Virus record (IMG/VR): IMGVR_UViG_3300020050_006655
Source: a virus
Taxonomy: Duplodnaviria > Heunggongvirae > Uroviricota > Caudoviricetes
Length of the DNA: 48,861 bases
Strand: one strand, 5' to 3'
Shown: piece by piece, positions 29,265-39,122 of the stretch
Numbering within the stretch: the stretch's first letter is position 1
How the letters are laid out: every line of letters starts with the position of its first letter
Program-made: the position numbers and the translations under genes
The notes under the pieces: model-generated
Databases searched by the model: none
What the model saw: the letters and a program-made list of their open reading frames with translations, nothing else
What the model was told of the DNA's origin: nothing

Positions 29265-30725
29265 TTAAGAAAGATAAACACCACCCGCAATAGCATCACC
29301 AGTTACTTTAAAAGAACCAGCCGTTACACGAGAATGTTCAAGCCAAGCAGAAAGAACTGCTTCAAGACCAGCAACAGTGTTTGCCGAAGCAGTACCAGTA
29401 CCAGCATCATTTGATGTTACCATTGTAATAGGAGTATTACCAGCAGCAATACGGGTAATTACGTTATTCACGTTTACCACAAAAGCAGCAAGTTTCTCAC
29501 ATGGAAGCAGAATCACCAAACGTTTTTGTGCGCCTTGTTCTCCGGTAAGAGTTGCCTCTTTATCGAAGTAATCAATCACATAAGACGTATAACGTTTTGC
29601 TTCGTTGATGTAAGTTTTACCTTCGTTGAACCAATCACCCATAGGACGATCTTGACGGGTATGAACCATCAAACCAGCACGGGTTCTCCATTCATTCAAC
29701 CAAAGTCTACCAGTGTTAACTTGTTCTTCACCACGAACCGTAGTGGTAACAGGTTTGGTTGCGGTCAGTCTGAAAGTATCAGAAAGGTTAACCGAAACAG
29801 TGGTAATACGTTGTGGTTGATCGTCAAAAGTACTGACCAATTCACGTTCCAAACCAATAACAATCAGAGCATCAACTTTAGCAGCAGCACCAGCAGTCAG
29901 AACATCAATACGTTCGATAGTTGAAGTTGCAGTAAGATTTGCATCCAAATGTACCAGTTCAGCAAGAGCAGAAACACCTGCTTCGCCAAGAGTCATTACT
30001 TGGTTAATACCATTGCGGGTATCAAAAGCAATGCTTGTGGTAGGAGTTACAGTACCAATTACTTGACCTGTAGAACCAGCAATATTCACACCAAAGACAA
30101 CAAAATCTTTTTTACCTTTATTACTGAAACCATTTCTCAAGCAAAGTCTTGATTGTGAGTTCCATTGAAAAGCAAATTGTTGAAGAACATAGTCTTTAGG
30201 TTGTGTAATACCAGAAGTGGTAAAGTTAATAGCCGAAAGATCTGCAACAAGGACATCATTGTTTGCACCATAAGTTTTTTCAGTATTAACACCATCAAGC
30301 GTCAAATATGCTTTATAAGCAATATCATTTGCAGGAGTACCGAAGTTAGAAATTACTTGTGCTGACAACTTACCAAAAGTTGCTTTTTTAACACTCACAG
30401 AATGGATTTGGCCACGTCTGATTATGTTGCTTTCTTGTTTAGCCAAATCACCATCTTCCCAAAGAGAAACGGTGTTAGTAGCATTAGATTTAGGAGTACC
30501 AGCAACAACTTTAATTGCTTGTACTTCTGCTGAATCATCACCAGTAACATTATAGTTACCGAGTACCCGAACAGTAGAGTTGGGATCAAAACTCAAAACA
30601 CCAAGTTGACCATCAGTCAAGTTCAATGCTGTAGTTGCTGTCACCATTGCTCCTGTAGGGAGAGCTAAATCTCCACGACCAACCAGAATATCATAGGCTG
30701 CCGGAAGTCTGTTACTTTTTATCAT
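29265..30725 (-). CDS. Abundant conserved crAss-type virion protein (possible auxiliary capsid protein)
   Basis: 486 aa; codon usage like the MCP (many CGT/GGT codons); third gene after the MCP; followed by a terminator. Confidence 0.55.
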   Translation of the reverse strand: MIKSNRLPAAYDILVGRGDLALPTGAMVTATTALNLTDGQLGVLSFDPNSTVRVLGNYNVTGDDSAEVQAIKVVAGTPKSNATNTVSLWEDGDLAKQESNIIRRGQIHSVSVKKATFGKLSAQVISNFGTPANDIAYKAYLTLDGVNTEKTYGANNDVLVADLSAINFTTSGITQPKDYVLQQFAFQWNSQSRLCLRNGFSNKGKKDFVVFGVNIAGSTGQVIGTVTPTTSIAFDTRNGINQVMTLGEAGVSALAELVHLDANLTATSTIERIDVLTAGAAAKVDALIVIGLERELVSTFDDQPQRITTVSVNLSDTFRLTATKPVTTTVRGEEQVNTGRLWLNEWRTRAGLMVHTRQDRPMGDWFNEGKTYINEAKRYTSYVIDYFDKEATLTGEQGAQKRLVILLPCEKLAAFVVNVNNVITRIAAGNTPITMVTSNDAGTGTASANTVAGLEAVLSAWLEHSRVTAGSFKVTGDAIAGGVYLS

Positions 30726-31441
30726 GTTTTAGTAAAAATAGTTTTTTCTTGTAATTGTACCTTGTTTGTATCCTCAAGAATACTGGCAAGATACTGAACA
30801 GTCATATCAATAAGAACATCGTGGAACTGACTGTTAATTTCAGATGTTACTTTGGGAGAAGATGTATTGTAAGCAGTTAAATCCCCATTAACGTATTCCA
30901 AGGAATTGTAGTTACCAGAGAATACTTTTACAGGTTCTTTTATATAATCTATAAGTGAACTAGTGATAACACCATCAGAATAGATTATTAAAAGACCGTT
31001 GGAAAAAGTACCCAAACATCTTTTCCATTTCTTAGATGGTTTGGTATTTTCATTTTGGAGTTTATACTCCAAATCATTATGTCTAACAATAGTAATAGGT
31101 ATCCTACATGAATCCTGCACAATATAACCATTTACAAAATGCCTATACTTAGGTGAAACAGTGTTGAGATTCAAACTGTATTTACCTGTAGATATAAATG
31201 TTGGTATTATTGATTTATCTGTAACAACAAGACTTGATAACATATCAATTCTTTGTTGTGTTACTTCAAAACCAACCCTATATTGCTTACTATTATTTGC
31301 CGTATAAAAGATTTCCACATAATCGTCTTGTGCTTTATTAATAGCATCATCCAAATATGCAGACGGAAAACCTTTTTTATGATTTGAATTTACCTTGTTC
31401 CATCTAACTTTAATCTCGTGGTGTAGTCTATCTATAGTCAT
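30722..31441 (-). CDS. Neck/ring protein (crAss gene 74-like)
   Basis: LDDAINKAQDDYV, GFEVTQQRIDMLSSLV and HDVLIDMTVQY motifs; synteny. Confidence 0.7.
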   Translation of the reverse strand: MTIDRLHHEIKVRWNKVNSNHKKGFPSAYLDDAINKAQDDYVEIFYTANNSKQYRVGFEVTQQRIDMLSSLVVTDKSIIPTFISTGKYSLNLNTVSPKYRHFVNGYIVQDSCRIPITIVRHNDLEYKLQNENTKPSKKWKRCLGTFSNGLLIIYSDGVITSSLIDYIKEPVKVFSGNYNSLEYVNGDLTAYNTSSPKVTSEINSQFHDVLIDMTVQYLASILEDTNKVQLQEKTIFTKT

Positions 31442-31446
31442 ATTGT

Positions 31447-32526
31447 TTATTCTACTCGCACACCTTTGTTAACACATTCTTTAAGAAGATCACCAAACCA
31501 GTTAGAAGCATCGTTTGAAGGATCAAATACAACATATTCACTTAACAAAAGATTTTCCAGTTTAAGTGCGTTATTGTGTTTACCCATGTTAGGTTCACCA
31601 GATTTTGAAGGCCAGTAAATCCAACCATCACGTACATCAAACACACGGCTATTAATAGCTTGTTGGATAATATACTTCACATAGAAACGATCTTTCTCTT
31701 TCTTATCTTTTATCATTTCGATAAGAGATAGAAACTTGGTAGCATTATCTTTAAAGTTTTTGGAATTGGAATCAAGATAAGCAGACAGTTGTGTTTTAAC
31801 GGTTGTGTGATTGGCATTACCAATTACACACGGATTACCATTCTTGTACAAACAAAGACTTGCAACCTGATAACATTTAAATTCAGAAGAATTTTGTTGA
31901 AGATTAACTTTTTCAGCAATGACTTGTTCAACCAAATCTGTCTTACGCATCAACTCTTGAATGTCTTCATTTTCTTCTGAAATATAAAAATGATGAACAG
32001 CCGGATTAGCAACATCTTTAGAAGATGCTACTTTAGGATGGTTCTTCAAAAGCATAATAGCAAGTTTACCACGAATGGTAGTATCGTCAAAACGATTTGT
32101 TCTTGCGTATAGGTCAACAGAAAAGTTACCTATATAAGATGCTTTATTTTCAATAGCATCAGGACGATTAACAGTATTGAAAATAAATTGTGTAAGCCTT
32201 GTTTGAAGTGTATCAATAGGCATTCCTTCTTGCAACTCATAAACATGTTGCAATTTAATTGTTTCAGCCTGTCTGAATTTGTCTGGAATAGAAGCATCGG
32301 TTGAACCATAGAAAGGGTTAGTTACCATTTCATCAAGTCCTGTAACATATTGTTGTTTGTTGTAATCACCACAAAACATCAACCTTGTTGTTGCTTTTTC
32401 TGATCTATCTTGTCTTTTTTGTTGGCCAAATTCAATCTGACCATTATTGCCCACATAGGCATAGGTTTGTTTCTCCCGTCCTTGGGGAGATTTCCGCGTC
32501 ACCGGAGATACAAATAAAACGTTCAT
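31447..32526 (-). CDS. Conserved protein following the MCP (crAss gene 75-like)
   Basis: 359 aa directly downstream of the MCP; synteny. Confidence 0.55.
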   Translation of the reverse strand: MNVLFVSPVTRKSPQGREKQTYAYVGNNGQIEFGQQKRQDRSEKATTRLMFCGDYNKQQYVTGLDEMVTNPFYGSTDASIPDKFRQAETIKLQHVYELQEGMPIDTLQTRLTQFIFNTVNRPDAIENKASYIGNFSVDLYARTNRFDDTTIRGKLAIMLLKNHPKVASSKDVANPAVHHFYISEENEDIQELMRKTDLVEQVIAEKVNLQQNSSEFKCYQVASLCLYKNGNPCVIGNANHTTVKTQLSAYLDSNSKNFKDNATKFLSLIEMIKDKKEKDRFYVKYIIQQAINSRVFDVRDGWIYWPSKSGEPNMGKHNNALKLENLLLSEYVVFDPSNDASNWFGDLLKECVNKGVRVE

Positions 32527-32540
32527 GTTTTAAAGTTGGA

Positions 32541-32581
32541 AAAAATAAAAAGAAAAGGGGATACACAACCCCCTTTTCTTT
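32541..32581 (-). terminator. Intrinsic terminator after the major capsid gene
   Basis: Minus strand AAGAAAAGGGG...CCCCTTTTCTT followed by TTTATTTTT. Confidence 0.8.
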
Positions 32582-32592
32582 AAATCAAATTA

Positions 32593-34197
32593 TTAGATAA
32601 ACGGGTTAAACTCGATTCTACCGATACGTTCAGTATCCCAAACGCCAAGTGAACCGGACATTTCCCGATAAACACCAAGTTCTTTAGAATTGGTGTGGAC
32701 ATTACCACCAGACTTTTCAGCACCAGTCGTAAAGTCATACACATTAGAAACAGTGTAGAAAGATTCAACACCATCTTGATAGATCATGGTCATGTTCTCA
32801 CCTCTTGCACCTTGTCCGGCATAATTGGTTTTACCAAAATCATAAACGTTGATGCAGAAAGATTCTTGGGTATAGTTAGTACCCGGAGCCATTGTTTTGT
32901 GTATTGCAGTATTGTCTGCCGAAGGATCATATTCAATAGATACCGTAATACCCATTGGTAATTTGATCTCGGTGAACATAGCACCATACGAAAGTTCATT
33001 TGAGTGAACCCCGGTAGGGTTACTATTTTTGCTTACAAAGTGACTGTCAACAGACAGAAGACTAGCATATTCAGCATAGATTTTCTTGCTCAACCAGCTA
33101 ATAGCACCAGTACCACCAGACAGAACAACATAACGATCTTTAAAACCGCGTCTGTTCATAAACAGGTTGTTCAACCATTCAAAGATACCATCAAGTGAAA
33201 GGCTACCATTGTGTTCCAAGAATTGACCATCTCTTACAAGTTGATCCCAACCCGGAGCAAATTTGATAGGACGACCCGAATCACGGTCAACTGTTTTTTC
33301 CAGACGACCAAATTTCATCATCATCTCTCTGTCCATTTGGGTTCTTTCTTCCAGACGTGCTTCAACAGCAGTAATGAAAACTCCGGCAGGAATTACTTTA
33401 CCACCATCACCACGCATGTTTGCTTGGTAGGTATAACCTTTACCAACACAACCATCAGAGAAAGTTTTACCTTCAACCGAATAAGACATGCCGTTCATCC
33501 GTTGACCAGATTTCTTGGCAGCAATTTCAGCACGAATAAACTTGTCGGTAAATTCTGCTTTGTTAGCATAGTTGGACGTCCAAGATTGAAGTTTGTACAT
33601 ATCACCATATTGGTCAGGAGCAAACTTTTGGTTCAACTCATCAGACACACCACTTGACACACGAACAAAAGTTTTGTCGGGACGAAGTTCTGTTACAGGG
33701 ATATAAGTATTGGGATCACCATCTTGAATCACAACTTCATATTCAAAAGAGTTGGCCGAACGAACAGTCGGTTGACCCAAGATACGAAGCAGTGGAAGAC
33801 CATAACCACCGAGTTTGATTATTGCAGGTTCATGCAACCAGTTTTTGTCACATGCAATTTTAAATGGCAAGTTACCTTTACCAGCAAAACCAGCAGGGTC
33901 AACAAGCAATTCTGTAAAGCGGAATTCAGGTTCTGCATCAAAACCAGCATACCATGTATAATCATCTGTTCCACCCGGTAAAGCATAGGTATTACCTTTT
34001 GCCATTGTATAAAAAGTGAACAATTTGTTCACAATATCTGTTTCTAGTTCTTGGGCGAACGTTTTAGCCATCTTAACTCCAAAGTTGTATGGTGTCATAC
34101 TTTGGAATAAACGGTTGTGAGTGTAGGAATCGTGATACGATCCACCAAATCCTTGTCTCTCCATTGAGACAAGAGCAGTTGTACGTTTTACTGACAT
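32593..34197 (-). CDS. Major capsid protein (crAss-like, HK97 fold)
   Basis: 534 aa; APGWDQLV...GGTGAISWL...GAMFTEIKLPMGITVSIEYDPSADN; biased codon usage; downstream terminator; follows portal and scaffold. Confidence 0.85.
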   Translation of the reverse strand: MSVKRTTALVSMERQGFGGSYHDSYTHNRLFQSMTPYNFGVKMAKTFAQELETDIVNKLFTFYTMAKGNTYALPGGTDDYTWYAGFDAEPEFRFTELLVDPAGFAGKGNLPFKIACDKNWLHEPAIIKLGGYGLPLLRILGQPTVRSANSFEYEVVIQDGDPNTYIPVTELRPDKTFVRVSSGVSDELNQKFAPDQYGDMYKLQSWTSNYANKAEFTDKFIRAEIAAKKSGQRMNGMSYSVEGKTFSDGCVGKGYTYQANMRGDGGKVIPAGVFITAVEARLEERTQMDREMMMKFGRLEKTVDRDSGRPIKFAPGWDQLVRDGQFLEHNGSLSLDGIFEWLNNLFMNRRGFKDRYVVLSGGTGAISWLSKKIYAEYASLLSVDSHFVSKNSNPTGVHSNELSYGAMFTEIKLPMGITVSIEYDPSADNTAIHKTMAPGTNYTQESFCINVYDFGKTNYAGQGARGENMTMIYQDGVESFYTVSNVYDFTTGAEKSGGNVHTNSKELGVYREMSGSLGVWDTERIGRIEFNPFI

Positions 34198-34212
34198 ATT
34201 GTTTCTATAAAA

Positions 34213-35130
34213 TTAGTCTGGTAGAAACTCGATTTTTGGACTAGATGTTTTTCCAGCATCCCTACGTTCAGTAGAAATTTGAACACTGGACAATCTATCC
34301 TTAAACTTACTTACCGCTTTGGTTTCTGCTTGTTTCTCAAATTTAGAGAGATCAAACTTCCCATCCTTATAGTAAGTTAAAATATCGAGTAGTTGTGTAT
34401 AAGCCTTTGGGTTAGATGAAATATCATTAACAATCTGACCTACGTTTGGAGCAATCTCTTTAATAGCCTTTTGTCTAATAGGATTGTATGTTCCAATTTC
34501 GGTTTGTACCGATGTAAGAAATTCAGCATGTTGTTTTTGATATTCTGTTTCTTGTTGTTTTACTGCTTGAAGATTAGCCTTTGTGATGGAACCTTTTTTA
34601 TCAAGTTCTTTCTTGGCCTCATCTATCAATTGATTCTCATCTTCAAGATCATCAAGTTGTGCCTGAATAGCCTTAGGCTTCAATCCTTTTTCCGCATAAA
34701 CAGATTCGAGGAATGTACGTGCCTCATCTACTGTTTCAACAACAGGAGATTCATCATTCAGAAAGTCTTGATAAAATTGACGAAAGTCGTCTTTTGTTAG
34801 ATTAGGTTTTGTAAGTAAAAGGTCTACAAAATCTCGTGCTTCTGTTGGCAATTTAGAAATCAGATTGTTTTGAACAATTGTAGGAAGTTTATCCATTTGT
34901 TCTTCAATCCATTCTAAAGTACCATCAAAAGGATTGTCTTCTGAATCAACAATCAGTCCACGGTTTTTATATTCTTCATAAGTAAATTTAGCAAGTTCGT
35001 CAGGCTCTTGTTGAGTAGTCTCTTGCTGAACAGATTCATCTTGATCTGTTGTTTCCTGAACCTCAAGTTCGGTTTGGGTAGGATCTTCCTGTAGTGGAGC
35101 AAATTCAATTGCTTCTTCGTCTAAAGTCAT
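34213..35130 (-). CDS. Putative scaffolding protein
   Basis: 305 aa, very acidic N-terminus, helical; between portal and MCP. Confidence 0.6.
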   Translation of the reverse strand: MTLDEEAIEFAPLQEDPTQTELEVQETTDQDESVQQETTQQEPDELAKFTYEEYKNRGLIVDSEDNPFDGTLEWIEEQMDKLPTIVQNNLISKLPTEARDFVDLLLTKPNLTKDDFRQFYQDFLNDESPVVETVDEARTFLESVYAEKGLKPKAIQAQLDDLEDENQLIDEAKKELDKKGSITKANLQAVKQQETEYQKQHAEFLTSVQTEIGTYNPIRQKAIKEIAPNVGQIVNDISSNPKAYTQLLDILTYYKDGKFDLSKFEKQAETKAVSKFKDRLSSVQISTERRDAGKTSSPKIEFLPD

Positions 35131-35217
35131 ACAAAGTTATGTTTAATTATTTAATGTAAATAAGAAATATAGAATAGGTTGTATCAAGATTATTCGCAGA
35201 TTAACTTTTGTTAAAAA

Positions 35218-37722
35218 TTACTTGCTTGTTTTCTTAATCCTTGCTATTTTATTCTTTTCTTCATCGTTTTTTATTTTATGATCTAATTCCTTTTCTTTAA
35301 GATTCAACTGTTGCTCTTTAATATAAACATTGGCCAAATCAACAGAATCAGGAATATTATTATTATTGAGATCTTGTTGAAGACCAAGAGACGTTGCTCT
35401 TATACCTTCTTTAGCAATCTCAATTTCACCTTTAACCCTTACAAGTTGTAACTGATGTGCTTGTTCATCTTCTCTTGCTTCAATTTGCATTTGAACAGAT
35501 TGTGTTTGACCATCAATTTGTTGTTGTTGCAATTGTTGTTGTCTTTGGAACTGTTGATCTTCAAGTATAAGAATACGTTTATGTATTTCTTCTGGACTTG
35601 AACCAGAAACAATATCCTTAATAAGTTGACTTACAGCAGCAATTCCTTGTCCTTGATTTTGGGCAAAAGCTTGTGCTTGGTTTAACATCATTTCAGCATA
35701 TCTTTCACCAGCAGAACCAGATCTTAAATGAAGACCTATATCAGAGTGACTTATATGCTTAGGTGTAACAGATAGTGTTTCTTGACTACCATCCGGCAAC
35801 CAGAAATGTTCAGAGATTTCTGTATTACCAAATACTTCAAACTGATTCTGATAGAACTGTCTAAAAGCCTTTAGATAATCATTAAGTACCTCTTTCCATA
35901 CAAGACCGTGCTTATAGAAAAGAGGTTCTGTAATAGTATAAGACTGAACAATTGCTTGTTGATTATCGGATACATTAGAACCTTGTGTAAAAGAAGCCTC
36001 TCTTTGTGGACTGATGCCCATAGCCAAAGAAATTTCTCTTTTAATCATATCTATAAGACTTTGAAGATTCATCAACTCAATTGCAGTACCAAGCATAAAA
36101 CCACTTGAACCCGGACTTCTTGTTGAAGGTGGAAGACCACCAAGAGAAGTTTGTGAACCAGAATAAATATCTCTATTTGTCTTACGAAGAAATGCGAAAT
36201 AAGCAGCAACTTTATCCCTAATCTTTTTACCATTTTCATCAAGCGCAAGATCATCGGGAATTTGATCCAAATCAAGAGAGTGAATAAATCCTTGATACTT
36301 GGCAAGTTCCCTGTTCTGAACAGACTTTAAATAAAGTAGTTGAAGATAAAGAGGAATAGCACGTTGTACATAAGACAGAGATGCTGAATTTCTAGCATTT
36401 AAGATAATACCTTTTGTAGAAAGGTTTATATCAAACGGATTTTCAGGATTGATAGGTTGATAAGGTACTTCCCTACAGACAGGATAAAAATCATTACCAA
36501 GACGTATGATCTCATACAAACGTGGTATCCATATTTCTTCTGCCGTGAATTCGGTATTGGTCAATTTATCAAACCAGATGTAACGTTCCGATTCCTGATC
36601 GAACTTGTTTATGAACTTTTCTTTGGTTGCATAATCAGGTATTTCAAAATCAGACGAAAGAATTTCTGTAATAGGTTTATTGTATTCATCCATATAAGAT
36701 AAGAACACAACACTTTTAAATGCCACAAATTCCAAGTGGGTTTCCCACACAAGATCGTGTCTATTGGAGTTGACATTAGATGTTTGGTTAAGACCTGTAT
36801 ATTTATTATTACTAGTCGAATTATCAAACATCATCACAAAATCCATATTATCCTTTGGAATAGGTTCACCACCAAGACCATGCCTTTTATCAAGACCGGA
36901 GTGTATAAACAACTTATCCATATCTGCTTCTGATATGTTATAAGTAGCAATAGCATCATGTATGGTAATTGGTGTTCTATACCAGAAATAAGAACCTTTA
37001 TGTGTAAAGGGTTGGTTTGGATCTTTATGACCTTCTCCTTGAAGTGGATTCCTTATTTGTATATAAGGTCTACCATGTCTCCATCCATTGTAAACATAAA
37101 ACCTATCTGCTATTGTAGCATCCTCAATAGTATCTGCCATAAGAGACATTAAATTGAGTTTAAGATAAGCATTCTTTAGAATCTTGGAATAGAAAATCTC
37201 AAGATCAGATTGCCAATCTTTATGTGCAATATCTTCTGGTTCATGTTTTGTTCGTATGTCTTGAATAAGTTTTTGGGCTTCTTCTTGGGACATACCTTCC
37301 ATTTGTTTTTGTAAACCAAACAATTCCAATCCAACTTTCTCATCAATAGAAATCTGGATAAGATTCATCTGTTCTTCATTCTTAGCCTTTATAGCCTGAT
37401 CTGTGGTCAGAACAAGTTTAAATTCTTCGTTTCTTTTAAGGGCCTCACCTTTAAGAACATCTACTTTAATCTTCAAATCTGGAAGTGGATCTATTTGATC
37501 TGCTTCAACATCAGCAAGTAAATCTCCAAGAGGATTACAAAATAATCTCATCTTCATGTTAAGAGAACTAAGATTCATATTTGTAATCTCATAGGCGGCT
37601 TTCATTGTTTCATAATCAGCCACATTATGCTGTCCCATAGGACAGATATAGGCCATATAATCTTTAAACCACTGTTTATCATTGGCAAATTTCTTTGCTT
37701 CTGAAACTTTTAATTTTATCAT
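35218..37722 (-). CDS. Portal protein (crAss type)
   Basis: 834 aa; WIPRLYEIIRLG, AMGISPQREAS, QAIVQSYTITEPLF motifs and a Q-rich coiled-coil C-terminus. Confidence 0.85.
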   Translation of the reverse strand: MIKLKVSEAKKFANDKQWFKDYMAYICPMGQHNVADYETMKAAYEITNMNLSSLNMKMRLFCNPLGDLLADVEADQIDPLPDLKIKVDVLKGEALKRNEEFKLVLTTDQAIKAKNEEQMNLIQISIDEKVGLELFGLQKQMEGMSQEEAQKLIQDIRTKHEPEDIAHKDWQSDLEIFYSKILKNAYLKLNLMSLMADTIEDATIADRFYVYNGWRHGRPYIQIRNPLQGEGHKDPNQPFTHKGSYFWYRTPITIHDAIATYNISEADMDKLFIHSGLDKRHGLGGEPIPKDNMDFVMMFDNSTSNNKYTGLNQTSNVNSNRHDLVWETHLEFVAFKSVVFLSYMDEYNKPITEILSSDFEIPDYATKEKFINKFDQESERYIWFDKLTNTEFTAEEIWIPRLYEIIRLGNDFYPVCREVPYQPINPENPFDINLSTKGIILNARNSASLSYVQRAIPLYLQLLYLKSVQNRELAKYQGFIHSLDLDQIPDDLALDENGKKIRDKVAAYFAFLRKTNRDIYSGSQTSLGGLPPSTRSPGSSGFMLGTAIELMNLQSLIDMIKREISLAMGISPQREASFTQGSNVSDNQQAIVQSYTITEPLFYKHGLVWKEVLNDYLKAFRQFYQNQFEVFGNTEISEHFWLPDGSQETLSVTPKHISHSDIGLHLRSGSAGERYAEMMLNQAQAFAQNQGQGIAAVSQLIKDIVSGSSPEEIHKRILILEDQQFQRQQQLQQQQIDGQTQSVQMQIEAREDEQAHQLQLVRVKGEIEIAKEGIRATSLGLQQDLNNNNIPDSVDLANVYIKEQQLNLKEKELDHKIKNDEEKNKIARIKKTSK

Positions 37723-39122
37723 ACTTCATAAATTGCATATCCTGTAGTCAAAAGAAGTTGTGTAAGAGAAAAAGCATTTTCAATAGCAGATACTAAAACA
37801 AGTGTTGGGTCAATTAGATTTTGATCTTCTTCTCTTGTTTTTGTATTGATCGGTGTACCTGTTACTTGAAGTCTTGCGTTTGTCATAATAGTTGTATGTG
37901 GAGACTTCAATACTTTTGAAAGCCAGTTTGGACAATCATTATAATTATATAAACTAACACCAACACCAGTTTGGAAACCAAGACTTGATGCTGATTTAAC
38001 AGCACCAACAGCATCTTCTATTCTATCAAATTCTTCTTTTGCTTGTTCTGCCGTATTACCACCAACATATATAATAGCAGATTTCTGTTGTATGTTGGCT
38101 ATCCTGTTCTGAAATTCCTTAACTTCCCACGCTTCTTCCGCATTTTCAATTAGAGATTGAAGTTGCTTAACCCTTGCCCTAATCTGTTTAACAGGCGGAT
38201 TGTTAAAAATAGTAAAGTTGTACGGAGAAATAGTAACCCTGTTGGCAGAACCACTTGTTAAAAAAGCCATAATGTCTTTGATATTATGCTTCTTTGATTC
38301 AGCCCAACCGGGAGTCTTTACCAAACATATCCGAATACCTCTTTCCTTATTAGAAAGAGCATATCTAACAATAAGATCAGAATAACTAGAACAAATAATA
38401 ACAAGAGGAACTTTTTCAGAATGACATGCTCTAACATATTCATCTATTTCAGATGGTTCGTTTAAACCCTCATCAAGAATAAGAAACGTTGGATTTTCAA
38501 ACATACAGTTTCCGTTATCCTGATTAGCAAAACCGGGATTAACATAACCTTCTTCAAAGGTCAAACCAACAGTATGTTCAGTATAGGTCTGTCTGTTCTC
38601 TGTTTTCTCAAGCGTAATACTTGCGTCCAAACCAGTCTTAACATAAATATTCTTGATGAATTCAGCCAGTTGTGGATTCTTACAAGAGGTAAGAGCAATA
38701 TTATAAATATCTTCTGACGATTCAATCTTACGAGAAGTCTCAATCAGATACTCTTTAAGTTTATTGATTTCCGCTTTAGCGTCCTGAATAAACAGATTAA
38801 AATCTACATCTGCTGACAATGCTTCTGCCATACTTTTAATAAACTCACTTGTCAAGAGACTTGTAAGAGTCGTACCATCACCACAAGTTTTAACTGTCTG
38901 CTTTGCAGCATTCATTAAAAGTTGATGGCCGATATTCTGTTCAATATTAGAAAAACCAATTTCTTGTGCAACAGAAACACCATCTTTTGTAAAGATCAAA
39001 TTTCCATTCTTAAACATAAGAACATTCTTTCCGTGACCACCCATCGTGGTACTTATAATCTTGGCTGACTGGTTAATACCATCAATAATGGTACTAAGAT
39101 CGTCTATGTGTCTGTTTAACAT
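37719..39122 (-). CDS. groEL: GroEL-like (Cpn60) chaperonin, shortened (467 aa)
   Basis: TMGGHGKNV, TKDGVSVA, GDGTTL, EGYVNPGF, VKTPGW, IYVGG, RIEDAVGA, IDPTLV motifs; overlaps terminase (29 nt) and portal (ATGA). Confidence 0.9.
   Translation of the reverse strand: MLNRHIDDLSTIIDGINQSAKIISTTMGGHGKNVLMFKNGNLIFTKDGVSVAQEIGFSNIEQNIGHQLLMNAAKQTVKTCGDGTTLTSLLTSEFIKSMAEALSADVDFNLFIQDAKAEINKLKEYLIETSRKIESSEDIYNIALTSCKNPQLAEFIKNIYVKTGLDASITLEKTENRQTYTEHTVGLTFEEGYVNPGFANQDNGNCMFENPTFLILDEGLNEPSEIDEYVRACHSEKVPLVIICSSYSDLIVRYALSNKERGIRICLVKTPGWAESKKHNIKDIMAFLTSGSANRVTISPYNFTIFNNPPVKQIRARVKQLQSLIENAEEAWEVKEFQNRIANIQQKSAIIYVGGNTAEQAKEEFDRIEDAVGAVKSASSLGFQTGVGVSLYNYNDCPNWLSKVLKSPHTTIMTNARLQVTGTPINTKTREEDQNLIDPTLVLVSAIENAFSLTQLLLTTGYAIYEV

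Noticed and set aside
35132-35139. TAACTTTG (-7 promoter-like) just upstream of the scaffold ATG, suggesting a leaderless mRNA
   Set aside because: Only 1 nt from the ATG, so a normal start site would fall inside the codon; no -33 TTTG; likely chance in an AT-rich gap.
37719-39122. groEL as host contamination
   Set aside because: It overlaps terL and portal, matches phage base composition, and is too divergent and truncated for a cellular GroEL.
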